The notes under the pieces were generated by a model that made no database searches, had not been told where the DNA came from, and saw only the letters and a program-made list of their open reading frames with translations. A stretch of DNA of 63,998 nucleotides, counting the filler, from Anaeromyces robustus (taxonomy: Eukaryota): the NCBI GenBank assembly GCA_002104895.1. It is 3 parts of 3 records of this genome, joined end to end, with 100 filler letters (N's around TTAATTAATTAA, not from the genome) between each part and the next. Parts side by side here need not be neighbours in the genome. Positions count along the whole stretch, not along the records: positions 24,963 to 49,512 come from MCFG01000601.1; 2 more parts are not named here. One strand, given 5' to 3'. Shown piece after piece: positions 28,204 to 38,202 of this stretch. The stretch's first letter is position 1, and the number at the start of each line of letters is the position of its first letter. Both the position numbers and the translations under genes were made by a program.

Positions 28204-28835
28204 TAAGGAGAATCATTCTGAGGATCCTTATTTTTATACTGTCTTTTTTCTTTTATAATTAAATTTCGAGTTTCACATTGGCCCTCGCTGGTAGGCTCAG
28301 ACGTAAGTCCTACATTCAGCTCGAGTAAGTTGATAAACTGAAAGAACAGCAGTGTGAAATAGAAAAAATTATTAAAAGAAAAACATCTTTGTAAAATTCT
28401 GTGTAATTAAATACTTATTAAATTCTTAAGGTAAATTAATTATAAAATATACTAGGAGCGTTTAGAGCTCATATACAGAGTGTTTGGCGTAAGTAACTAG
28501 TTTCTAGTAGGTTAAGAAACTATAGTCAATTAGTTACTTAGGTATTGATAAAAGTGGGTAGTGTGAAAAGCACGCTTTCTTGGGGGAAGGAATTGTTGTG
28601 TGATAAAAAGACTGCAATATCGGACGTTCAAGTTCAATACCTTCGTAAGCTCTGGCAAATAAGGAACTTCAGTCACCGAAGGCTGGAGGTTGGTCGTGAA
28701 GGTGAAGCGACTTTAATTATATAGTTTTAATATTTATTTCGAGGTCTAGTATATACCTCTAGTTAGTAGCTTTTGCCGGTTTATTTTTGAGTTGTAAGGC
28801 ATAAAAAGCGAAATTAAAATTTAAATTTACCTTAA
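28204..28835 (+). ncRNA. Candidate large structured cis-RNA in the 5' leader of C
   Basis: Near-identical to 36146-36763(-) of A; many nested complementary segments and GNRA loops. Confidence 0.6.
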
Positions 28836-28886
28836 TAAACAATTTGAATCCCTAGTCGAGACCAATAATAAATTAATCAAATAAAA

Positions 28887-30764
28887 ATGAACGATGATAA
28901 CTTTCTCAATCTAAACGTTATGTACAAAGATGGATTCGCTGGAGACCGTCGTTTCTTTAAAGGCTTTCTTGCAAAAATGAACCTTGTCTTTATGTTGCAA
29001 CCAGAAAAGTTTTCTGAAGATCCAATCAAGGTTGCATACATCATTTCCAGACTTTACGGTTCTGCTATGAATTGGGCCGCAACTTTAATTGAAAATGTGG
29101 ACCCATGTTTAGATGACTATGAAGCGTTTATATCCAAGTTTAAAGCTACCTTTGGAAATTATGATTCAACCTTCATAGCAAACCAAAAGCTCAGAACCAT
29201 TAAACAGAGACGTCTTGGAGATGTAAGAAGCTACATCCTGGAGTTCAATAAATACGCAGATGACTCTTCTTGGAATGAAGCTGCTAAAATGGATGCTTTT
29301 CTCGCAGGATTAAACGACAATATTGCAACTAGAATCTTAGAAATGTTTCCTGGACCACAATCCTTATTCTCTCTTCAAACCATAGCTTCTCGTATAGATT
29401 TAAGACTTTCTACTCATAATCAATACTTTAAATCGAATAATTCAAGTAATCATTCTTTTGGTCGTCATGCTAACTCTTTTCAATTTGCTTCGAATAAATC
29501 TAATGAAACAATAACTCGTGAAGAAAAAGAAAGAAGAAGAAAAGAACATCTTTGTTTCTACTGTGGATCAAAAAATCATCAAGTTAATAATTGCCCTTTA
29601 AAGAATAAAGTGAATGAAGATGACAATAAACCCTCTTCCAGCAATGCTTTTATTTCCAATCCAGAATCCAAACCAAAACCAAGACCTAGACTTTCTGATG
29701 ATCCATCTTTGAATGCTCCAGTTGCCGAATTCAATCTACAAACTTTAAACTCTTCTTGCAATGCTAAACTACTCATCGATTCAGGTTCTCAATTAAATCT
29801 TATGGATATACACTTTGCTAAAGAAAACAATATTCCTTTTGATTCTGATTCTACTTTTCCTGCCGTTTCTGGAGTAGCCGGAAATCAAACAATTTTTGGT
29901 AAAACGTTTCCCATCTCGTTGAAATATAAAAATCACCTTTGTAAAACAGAATTCTATATTGTGGATCTACCTTCGTATTGTGGTATTCTTGGAATAGATT
30001 GGCTCGTAACTCACAATCCCACTATCAATTTTACAACTAAAGAAATAACTTTCAATTCAAATTACTGTCTTTCAAATTGTTTAATACTCCCAAATTCATT
30101 CGTGACGAATTCTCAAAATACAAAATCTGATAAATCTTGTAAACCTCATTCTAAAAATAATAATAATCTTGATAATCACTCTGGCAATAAATCTTTCTGT
30201 AATACTTCTTGTTTCCACTCAGAACGTACAAAATCAAGTAATTCTCAACCTTTGAAAAATAATAATAAACCAATTCATGTTTCTAACTCTTGTGTACTTC
30301 CTAGTAAAAATTCTTGTAATCCTGTTAACCTTGGTACAAATTCTTGTAATACTGTTAATCTTAGTAATAATTCCTGTAATCCTAGTAATCAATCTTTTTC
30401 CTCTGATAATCCTAATTCTTGTTTGAAATCCTATACTCAAAATCAACCTATTCAAAATATTAATCTTTCAAAACCCAATAATCCAATCTTTTCGAAGGAG
30501 AGTGTGAATGATAAAAATAAATCAAATTCAAATTTTTATTCAAAATCAAATAAATATTCTACATGTCAAAATTTTTTCTTAGCAAATTCAAAAGAAATTA
30601 TTAACAACTCTTCATACTTTGTAATCTGTAATTCAAAATCAATTAAATACAAAAGAAAACAAAACAACAAATTTAAAGAATTTAAAGTTGATGCATACCT
30701 CCCTTATGAAGATAAACCACCTGAAAATTTACTTTGTTACTTTGTTAAAAATAAATCAAAATGA
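28887..30764 (+). CDS. Gag (capsid, CCHC knuckle) - aspartic protease - Asn/Ser-rich tail
   Basis: CFYCGSKNHQVNNC, LLIDSGSQ, ILGIDWL; clearly homologous to the N-terminal ~400 aa of the A polyprotein. Confidence 0.9.
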   Translation: MNDDNFLNLNVMYKDGFAGDRRFFKGFLAKMNLVFMLQPEKFSEDPIKVAYIISRLYGSAMNWAATLIENVDPCLDDYEAFISKFKATFGNYDSTFIANQKLRTIKQRRLGDVRSYILEFNKYADDSSWNEAAKMDAFLAGLNDNIATRILEMFPGPQSLFSLQTIASRIDLRLSTHNQYFKSNNSSNHSFGRHANSFQFASNKSNETITREEKERRRKEHLCFYCGSKNHQVNNCPLKNKVNEDDNKPSSSNAFISNPESKPKPRPRLSDDPSLNAPVAEFNLQTLNSSCNAKLLIDSGSQLNLMDIHFAKENNIPFDSDSTFPAVSGVAGNQTIFGKTFPISLKYKNHLCKTEFYIVDLPSYCGILGIDWLVTHNPTINFTTKEITFNSNYCLSNCLILPNSFVTNSQNTKSDKSCKPHSKNNNNLDNHSGNKSFCNTSCFHSERTKSSNSQPLKNNNKPIHVSNSCVLPSKNSCNPVNLGTNSCNTVNLSNNSCNPSNQSFSSDNPNSCLKSYTQNQPIQNINLSKPNNPIFSKESVNDKNKSNSNFYSKSNKYSTCQNFFLANSKEIINNSSYFVICNSKSIKYKRKQNNKFKEFKVDAYLPYEDKPPENLLCYFVKNKSK

Positions 30765-31792
30765 AAAGAAAAACTTAAATAATGAATCTCAATTATTAAA
30801 TATATTTTATCAATATTTTATTCTTTATTAATATCAAACTTATTGTTATTATTATTAGTTTAAAATCTTAGCTTAGTTTAGTTTAGTCATAATATTATCA
30901 ATATCATGTAAACTTTATTAATATTCATGTATTTTAATTAATATTCATGTATTTTTATTAATATCAAATTATATTATTTTTACACCTATATAGTATAGTT
31001 TTAGTATAGTTTAAAAATTTAGTTAAAATTTTTCTTAGTATAGTTTAGCCTAGTTTTAAGATTCGTCTGGTATCCGAATCCTGAAGGAGGACCATGTAAC
31101 GAATCTCTCAATTAGTAAAATAGTAACCATGGTCTAGTGGTTAGTAACTATGACCATCTGGGCGAACACTCTGGGTTCGACTCACACCTTGTTCCAAATT
31201 TTATAAAAATTTTATTTTAAATTTATTTATTATAAATTTCTGTATTTTATTCTGTATTTGTTTCTGTATTTTATTTCTGTATTTCTTTATAGAATTACAT
31301 GGAATAAAATTAGAAACTTTAAGAAAAAATTATATAATATTTCTTTATTTTTCTATGAGATTCATTTTATATCAAAATATCTTAGTTTCTAGTAATTTTT
31401 ATTATTTTTTATGAACTTTTATTTTTAAAACTATTTTTCCGCAAAAAGTATAAATAGGTGTAAAATCTTTAGTTAAAATATTTTTCTTTGTGCTTTTATT
31501 CTTTATAACTTTATATATATTAGTAATAATTAATTCATAAGTAGTTTGAAATACTACAAAGATTAGTTATTATTAATTTTTAATAATTAATAAAACTAAA
31601 TTCTAATAAAACATATTTTAAATAAAAATAAAATAAAACTTAAAACTAAATCTTACTAATATATATATCTCGACACCGACCTTTCAGGTTAACAAAGGAA
31701 AGGTGTTCTGATATTGCAATAAGTATCTTTTATTTTAAATTTTATTTTGTTTGTGTTTACTTCAGATTTTGGTGTCAATTGTAATATTGGAA

Positions 31793-34700
31793 CTACCGTT
31801 CCGTTACAGTTTTATTGAAATTTTTAAGTAATTCTGGACAATTCAAATTTGTTTCTGGCTCCCAAGAAGCTTCTGATAAAGGATAACCTTTCCATTTTAT
31901 TAAGTATTGTATTTTTCCGTAATGCTTTCTTTTGTCCAGAATTTCTTCGACTTCATATTCCTCTTCTTCATTCACAATTATTGGTGGTGGGGGTGCTTGC
32001 TTCCTTTTGAATTTGTCTTCGAAGTAAGGTTCAAGTTCAGATACATGAATAATTGGATGAATTCTAAGGGTTTTTGGTAGTTCAATTTTATAAGAAACTG
32101 GGGATACTTTTTCAATAATCCTAAACGGTCCCAATTTTCTTGGTTTAAGCTTTTTATTTTTGTTTCGAATTATTAATGAACTATTAATCCAAACTTTGTC
32201 ATTAATTTTATATTCTGGAGCCTTTATACGATGTTTATTCGCAAAAATTTCTTGTTTTTTAACTGCTTGTTTTAGATTTTCTTTTAATTTCTTGAATAAT
32301 TCAGACAAATCTTTTGTAAATTGGTCTGCACGCGGAACATCTGAAGTACTGGGGATTGCTGGAGAAAATCTTGGGTTATATCCATAATTGGCATAGAATG
32401 GGGATTCTTTTAAGGATTCTTGTATTGTGTTGTTATAACAAAATTCTGCGAGATATAAATAGTTACTCCAATCGGTTCCTTTGAAATTTGAATAGCATCT
32501 AAGGTACTGTTCGATAACGGAGTTCACCCTCTCCGTTAGGCCATTAGTCTGGTGGTGAAATGGTGAAGAGAGTTTCATCGAAATGTTAAGGGAGTTGCAA
32601 ACTGAAGTCCAAAATTTTGAAGTAAACTGGGCACCTCTGTCAGAAAGGATATCAATTGGAAGACCATGAAGTCGAAAAACAGTGTTCATAAAAGCATTTG
32701 CAGTGTCTTCAGCGGAGGGAACATTGGGAAAGGGAATAAAGTGACCCATTTTTGAAAATCTATCCAAAATAACAAAAATGCAAGTGAAGTTGTTTGAAGA
32801 AGGAAGGTCAGTAATGAAGTCCATTGAGAGGGAAGTCCAAGGGCGATCAGGAATTTCGAGAGGGTTTAAAAATCCGTAAGGTTTATGTCTAAGATCTTTA
32901 GCTCGGCAACAAACTTCGCAGGAGCGTACGTATTCTTTTATATCAGTGTTCATGGAAGGCCACCAGAAATCACGATTGGTTAAAGAGAGAGTTTTCTTGA
33001 TGCCAAAGTGTCCAGCAGAGGGAGAATCGTGGCAAATATTAAGAACAAGGGAACGGCAACTAGTTGGCACGTATATTTTACCTTTGAATAGTAAAAAGTT
33101 ATTTATTAACGAGAAGTCATTTTGTCCAGAAGAATTATTTGAGATAAGTTTATTATAGGTTTCTTGATAAAATTTATCTTTGGAGTATTCTTTGATAATT
33201 TTTTCGTTCAAGGATGAAACTATGGAAGCTACTGCACAAAAGTTTTCGGGTCTAAGTACCGAAAAAGGAGTGTCAATGGAAGAAAGTTCTTCATCGTTGG
33301 TAGCATAATCAGGTCTACGAGAAAGTGCATCAGCTTTGCCATTAGCGGAACCAGCACGATAAACAATTTTGAAGTTAAATTCAGAGAGAAATAAAGCCCA
33401 ACGTACTAATCTTTGTGACATCTTTTCGGGTTTCTTTTGATATAAAAGATTACGGTGGTCAGAAAAAATGGTAAATGGGATCGATGTGCCTTTTAATAAG
33501 TGTCTCCAATGTTCCAGAGATTCAACAATAGCTAGAAGTTCTTTGTCGTATATCGGGTAGTTCTTTTCTGCAGAGGTAAGAGATCTAGAAAAGAAAGCAA
33601 CTGGATGAATTTTGTTATCCTTTAAAGAGTTTTGCGAGAGAATAGCCCCGATGGCAAAATTGCTGCTATCAGTTTCCACTAAGAAGGGTAGATCACGATT
33701 AGGATAAGCAAGAACTGGAGCAGAAGAGAACTTGTACTTTATTTCTTCAAAGGCATCTTGAGTTTTCGAGGTCCAACTGAATTTTATATGTTTCTTTAAT
33801 AGAGAATTAAGAGGATGAGTGATTGCTGCAAATCCAGGAATAAAGCGTCGGTAGTAGTTTGCCAAACCCAAGAATGATTGTAATTGTTTAACGTTTGCAG
33901 GGATAGGCCATTCTAAAATCGAGGAAACCTTTTTTGGGTCCATGAGAATACCATCAGAAGATATTCTGTGACCAAGAAAATCCAAGAAGGGAACACAAAA
34001 TTCGCATTTTTCAAGTTTTGCGAATAGATGGGCTTTTCTTAATCTGTTAAGTACTTCAGATAAATGAACAAAGTGAGTGTCTAAGTCAGGAGAGAAGATT
34101 ATTATGTCATCAATATAACAGAAGGCGAATTTACCCAAGACATCTTCTAAAATGTCATTTATAAAGTGTTGAAAAACGGCAGGAGCATTCTTGAGACCGA
34201 AAGGCATTACTAGATATTCAAAGTGTCCGTATTTACAAGTAAATGCCGTCTTGAATTCGTCACCTTCTTTGATCCTAACTAGGTTGTATGCCGAACGAAG
34301 ATCTAATTTTGAGAAGACTCTTCCTTTGGATAAATGTTCTAACATGTCGTTAATCAAAGGTAAAGGATAAGAGTCACGGATCGTAATATCGTTCAAATGT
34401 CGGTAGTCTACTACCATTCTTAGTTCACCATTCTTTTTTAACACAAAAAATACAGGAGCGCCAGCGGGGGATTTAGATTTTCGGATAAATCCTTTTGCTA
34501 AGTTTTCCTCGATGTATTCCTTAAGTGTGGCCGATTCCTTTTCTGTTAAAGGGTAGATTGGCCCATAATATAGCTGAGTGCCAGGAAGAAGGTTTATCTC
34601 ACAATCGTAGGGTCTATGAGGAGGTAGCTCGTTGGCATATATTTCACTGAATACATCTTTAAAAGGCCGAAGTTTAGCAGGTAATAAAGTTTGTATTTTG

Positions 34701-35965
34701 GATTCATTTTCCTTTTTTGTTTCCTTTGGAGGAATGAAGGCAGCAAAAGAACTGGGGAGCATTAGGCAATTTGAAACGCAATGATTTGATTTGAATGAAA
34801 GTTCTTTGGTTCCAAAATTAATAGTAGGATTATGTATTGAAAGCCAGTCAGTTCCTAATATGGCGCAATAGGAGGGTAAGTCAAGAACGTAAAATTTCAC
34901 TTTGCAATTATGATTTTTATAAGTCATTGAAATGGGAAAGGTTTCACCAAGTATAGTTTGATTTCCTCCAATTCCAGATATCTTGGGAAGATCTGTTTTA
35001 GTCGAGAAGGGTATATTATGTTGTTTAGCATAATATACATCCATAAGGCTAAGTTGAGAGCCGGAATCTAAAAGAATTTTTGTGTTGATGGAGGTATTTG
35101 AGACTTTGAGAATGAATTCGAAAATTGGTAACTTTAAGTCTGGTTGATCAGAAATTCTTGGCCTTGAACTAAAGTTTGCTTCGGGATTGGTGATATGGGA
35201 GGTAGTAGAAGCTTTATTCTTTTTTCTAAGTGGACATTTTTCCCACGAATGTTCAGAGGAAGCACAGTATGGGCAAAGATTTTCTCTTCTTCTTCTTTCC
35301 TTTTCTTCGTTCGATAATGGTCCGCGAGGTTTTTGATTTTGTGTTTTCTTGGAAAAACTTGATTTTCTATTGTTGTTGTTTTTGTTGTGATTATTATTGT
35401 TATTTGATTTATTTTGTGAGGTGAAAAATTGTCTCTGGGTTGAAATTCTGGAGTCAATTCTAGAAGCAATGGTTTGCATGGAGAGAAGTGTTCTAGGTCC
35501 TGGGAACATCTCAAGGATTCTGGTTGCAATTTGATCATTTAATCCAGCGAGAAAGGCATCCATTTTTGCCTCTTCATTCCACGAAGATTCGTCAGAATAC
35601 TTATTAAATTCTATAATATAATTTCGGACATCCCCAAGACGTTTTTGCCTTATGGTTCTTAATTTTTGGTTGGCGATAAATGTTGAATCGTAATCGCCAA
35701 AAGTAGCCTTGAATCTTGAAATAAAGGCTTCGTAATCGTTTAAACATGGGTCCACATTTTCTATTAAGGTTGCGGCCCAGTTCATAGCAGAACCATATAA
35801 TCTGGAGATAATGTATGCGACTTTAATGGGATCTTCGGCGAATCTTTCGGGTTGCAACATAAATATGAGATTCATCTTGGCGAGGAATCCTTTGAAGTAG
35901 CGGCGGTCTCCAGCAAAACCATCTTTGTTGTTGACACTAGCATTAAAAAATGAATCTTCTTCCAT
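31793..35965 (-). CDS. Single-ORF Gag-Pol of A: Gag, PR, RT, RNase H, integrase, chromodomain
   Basis: LLDSG, YIDD, ETDSS..DKELLAI, HHCC zinc finger, SMDF/SDRG/TER integrase core, EYEVEEILD..YLIKWKGY chromodomain. The original end (NKTN*) lies at 26558-26569, split off by C. Confidence 0.96.
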   Translation of the reverse strand: MEEDSFFNASVNNKDGFAGDRRYFKGFLAKMNLIFMLQPERFAEDPIKVAYIISRLYGSAMNWAATLIENVDPCLNDYEAFISRFKATFGDYDSTFIANQKLRTIRQKRLGDVRNYIIEFNKYSDESSWNEEAKMDAFLAGLNDQIATRILEMFPGPRTLLSMQTIASRIDSRISTQRQFFTSQNKSNNNNNHNKNNNNRKSSFSKKTQNQKPRGPLSNEEKERRRRENLCPYCASSEHSWEKCPLRKKNKASTTSHITNPEANFSSRPRISDQPDLKLPIFEFILKVSNTSINTKILLDSGSQLSLMDVYYAKQHNIPFSTKTDLPKISGIGGNQTILGETFPISMTYKNHNCKVKFYVLDLPSYCAILGTDWLSIHNPTINFGTKELSFKSNHCVSNCLMLPSSFAAFIPPKETKKENESKIQTLLPAKLRPFKDVFSEIYANELPPHRPYDCEINLLPGTQLYYGPIYPLTEKESATLKEYIEENLAKGFIRKSKSPAGAPVFFVLKKNGELRMVVDYRHLNDITIRDSYPLPLINDMLEHLSKGRVFSKLDLRSAYNLVRIKEGDEFKTAFTCKYGHFEYLVMPFGLKNAPAVFQHFINDILEDVLGKFAFCYIDDIIIFSPDLDTHFVHLSEVLNRLRKAHLFAKLEKCEFCVPFLDFLGHRISSDGILMDPKKVSSILEWPIPANVKQLQSFLGLANYYRRFIPGFAAITHPLNSLLKKHIKFSWTSKTQDAFEEIKYKFSSAPVLAYPNRDLPFLVETDSSNFAIGAILSQNSLKDNKIHPVAFFSRSLTSAEKNYPIYDKELLAIVESLEHWRHLLKGTSIPFTIFSDHRNLLYQKKPEKMSQRLVRWALFLSEFNFKIVYRAGSANGKADALSRRPDYATNDEELSSIDTPFSVLRPENFCAVASIVSSLNEKIIKEYSKDKFYQETYNKLISNNSSGQNDFSLINNFLLFKGKIYVPTSCRSLVLNICHDSPSAGHFGIKKTLSLTNRDFWWPSMNTDIKEYVRSCEVCCRAKDLRHKPYGFLNPLEIPDRPWTSLSMDFITDLPSSNNFTCIFVILDRFSKMGHFIPFPNVPSAEDTANAFMNTVFRLHGLPIDILSDRGAQFTSKFWTSVCNSLNISMKLSSPFHHQTNGLTERVNSVIEQYLRCYSNFKGTDWSNYLYLAEFCYNNTIQESLKESPFYANYGYNPRFSPAIPSTSDVPRADQFTKDLSELFKKLKENLKQAVKKQEIFANKHRIKAPEYKINDKVWINSSLIIRNKNKKLKPRKLGPFRIIEKVSPVSYKIELPKTLRIHPIIHVSELEPYFEDKFKRKQAPPPPIIVNEEEEYEVEEILDKRKHYGKIQYLIKWKGYPLSEASWEPETNLNCPELLKNFNKTVTER

Positions 35966-36145
35966 CTTCTAATTTTCGTTCTTATTGTTAAAGTTGTTTA
36001 TTGTTCTAAGTGCTTTGAGTAAAATTGCCACAGTGAGTAGTTCTATTTCTAAGATTATTAATTTTATGATTACGAGTAGAATGTTGAAGTTCATAAGACA
36101 GAATAAAATTTAAATTTTTGGAAATTTTAAGTAGGACAAATTTAT

Positions 36146-36763
36146 TTAAGGTAATTTGGAATTTCGCTTTTATGCCTTACAACAAAAAAATAACCGGCAA
36201 AAGCTACTAACTAGAGGTATATACTAGACCTCGAAGTAAAATATTAAAACTATATAATTAAAGTCGCTTCACCTTCACGACCAACCTCCAGCCTTCGGTG
36301 ACTGAAGTTCCTTGTTTGCCAGAGCTTACGAAGGTATTGAACTTGAACGTCCGATATTGCAGTGCTTTTTATCACACAACAATTCCTTCCCCCAAGAAAG
36401 CGTGCTTCTCACACTACCCACTTTTATCAATACCTAAGTAACTAATTGACTATAGTTTCTTAACCTACTAGAAACTAGTTACTTACGCCAAACACTCTGT
36501 ATATGAGCTCTAAACGCTCCTAGTATATTAAAAAAAAAAATTACCTTAAAATTTAAACAACAGAAAAAGTTTTATGGACTTATTTAACCTTTTAGTAATT
36601 TTTTTTTCTATTTCACACTGCTGTTCTTTCAGTTTATCAACTTACTCGAGCTGAATGTAGGACTTACGTCTGAGCCTACCAGCGAGGGCCAATGTGAAAC
36701 TCGAAAAATTAATTAGAAAAAGGAAGAATATTTTATAAGGATCCTCTATAACGATTCTCCTTA
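36146..36763 (-). ncRNA. Second copy of the candidate structured leader RNA (element A)
   Basis: Reverse-complement match to 28204-28835, with variable linkers. Confidence 0.6.
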
Positions 36764-36894
36764 TGACAAAATTAAAAAAAAAAAAAAAAAAACACAAAAA
36801 TTTTATTACAACACGTTATTTTCTTACCACTATTTCAGGTAAGTAATTTATTATAAATAAAAAATAATTAATTTTTTTTTTTTTTTTTTTTTTT

Positions 36895-36973
36895 TCCGTA
36901 GGGTAGTCTATTGTACGTAGGGTAGTCTTTTACTATTTTTAAGGCAGTTCAGTAGTGGTTTAGGAGTAAAAAA

Positions 36974-37017
<44 letters not shown>

Positions 37018-37580
37018 ACAGTATTTTCCGTAGGGTAGTTTTCAACAATATTATATTCCGTAGGGTAGTCTAACACTATATTTAAAATAGTTCAGGTGTA
37101 ATTTAAAGGTAATTTATGATTTCGATTAGGGACAATATTTTCCGTAGGGTAGTCTTCGATAATATAATTTATTCCGTAGGGTAGTCTTGTGCTAAGTAAG
37201 AAATTACGGAGGTTATAAAAAGAATTATTACAGAGGGTAGTTTGTAGTGGTCCGGAAGATAGTCTAAAAAGAAATTACGGAGGGTAGTCTAAATGATTTA
37301 CGTAGGATGGCTAGAAATAATCCGGAGGGTAGTCTAAAGAAATTTATAAAGGATAGTTTATAATTGTCCGGAGGGTAGTCTAAAGAAATTTATAAAGGAT
37401 AGTTTATAATTGTCCGGAGGGTAGTCTAAAGAAATTTATAAAGGATAGTTTATAATTGTCCGGAGGGTAGTCCCAAATATAAGTAGAGTAGTCTAAGATT
37501 TAATGTAGGATAGTCTAAGATAGTCCGTAGGGTGGTCCCAGAAAGTAGGGTAGTTTCTATGTATTCCGGAGGGTAGTTTG
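36895..37580 (-). repeat. Array of ACTACCCT(A/C)CGG motifs including ~3x 46-bp tandem units in the leader of A
   Basis: Repeated ccgtagggtagt / ccggagggtagt on the + strand. Confidence 0.85.
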
Positions 37581-37638
37581 GAAAATTTTTTCTGTGTAAA
37601 GGTATTGGGTTTGATTACTAACTTTAGGGCGATTTTAT

Positions 37639-38202
37639 TGTAATAAATTGTAAAAAATAAGTAAATTATTTTACACAATTATTTTGATAGACCCAACAGG
37701 TCTACACAGAAAGTAAATCAGAAAAGAAGATTGGTTTTATAAGAACTTGTTTTATTAGATTTATTAAAAGTAAAAATTTATTTATTTATTAATTAATTTT
37801 GTAATATTCTGAATTACTTATAATTAATTAATAAAATCGCGAAGAATTAATCATTTAAAAATTTTACACCTATTTATACTTTTTACGGAAAAATAGTTTT
37901 CTTCGTAAAAAGTTGTTTAAAATTTCTAGAAACTTTTGATTAAAATCTTATGGAAAAATTTAGAAAAATTTAATATAAAAGTTGTCTTAAAATTTTTGAT
38001 TGTATTCTATTAATTTCTACGTAAAATACAGAAATAAAAATACAGAAATAAAATACAGAAATTCATAATAAAAATTTAAAAAATAAAATTTTTATAAAGT
38101 TTGTAACAAGTGTGAGTCGAACCCAGAGTGTTCGCCCAGATGGTCATAGTGACTAACCACTAGACCATGGTTACTATTTTATTAATTGTGAGATTCGTTA
38201 CA
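37639..38202 (-). repeat. 5' LTR of element A
   Basis: TGTAAC...TTACA; followed by a self-complementary PBS at 37629-37639. Confidence 0.93.

Larger units (their letters stand above)
26570..31808 (+). mobile_element. Element C: non-autonomous LTR retrotransposon encoding only Gag plus protease
   Basis: 714-bp LTRs at 26570-27283 and 31095-31808, TSD GTTTT (26565-26569 / 31809-31813), same PPT as A, no RT/RH/IN. Confidence 0.93.
25561..38202 (-). mobile_element. Element A: full-length Ty3/Gypsy chromovirus (Tf1/sushi-like), carrying nested element C
   Basis: 564-bp LTRs at 37639-38202 and 25611-26174 (plus a 50-bp terminal duplication), TG...CA ends, TSD TCATC (25556-25560 / 38203-38207), PPT GAAGGAGGACCA next to the 3' LTR. 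Confidence 0.95.

Noticed and set aside
28204..28835. Hammerhead ribozyme or group I/II intron in the leader
   Set aside because: No CUGAUGA/GAAA core, no convincing P7 pairing and no domain V found by eye.
37320..37475. CRISPR-like array
   Set aside because: Units are head-to-tail without unique spacers; eukaryotic retrotransposon context; no cas genes.
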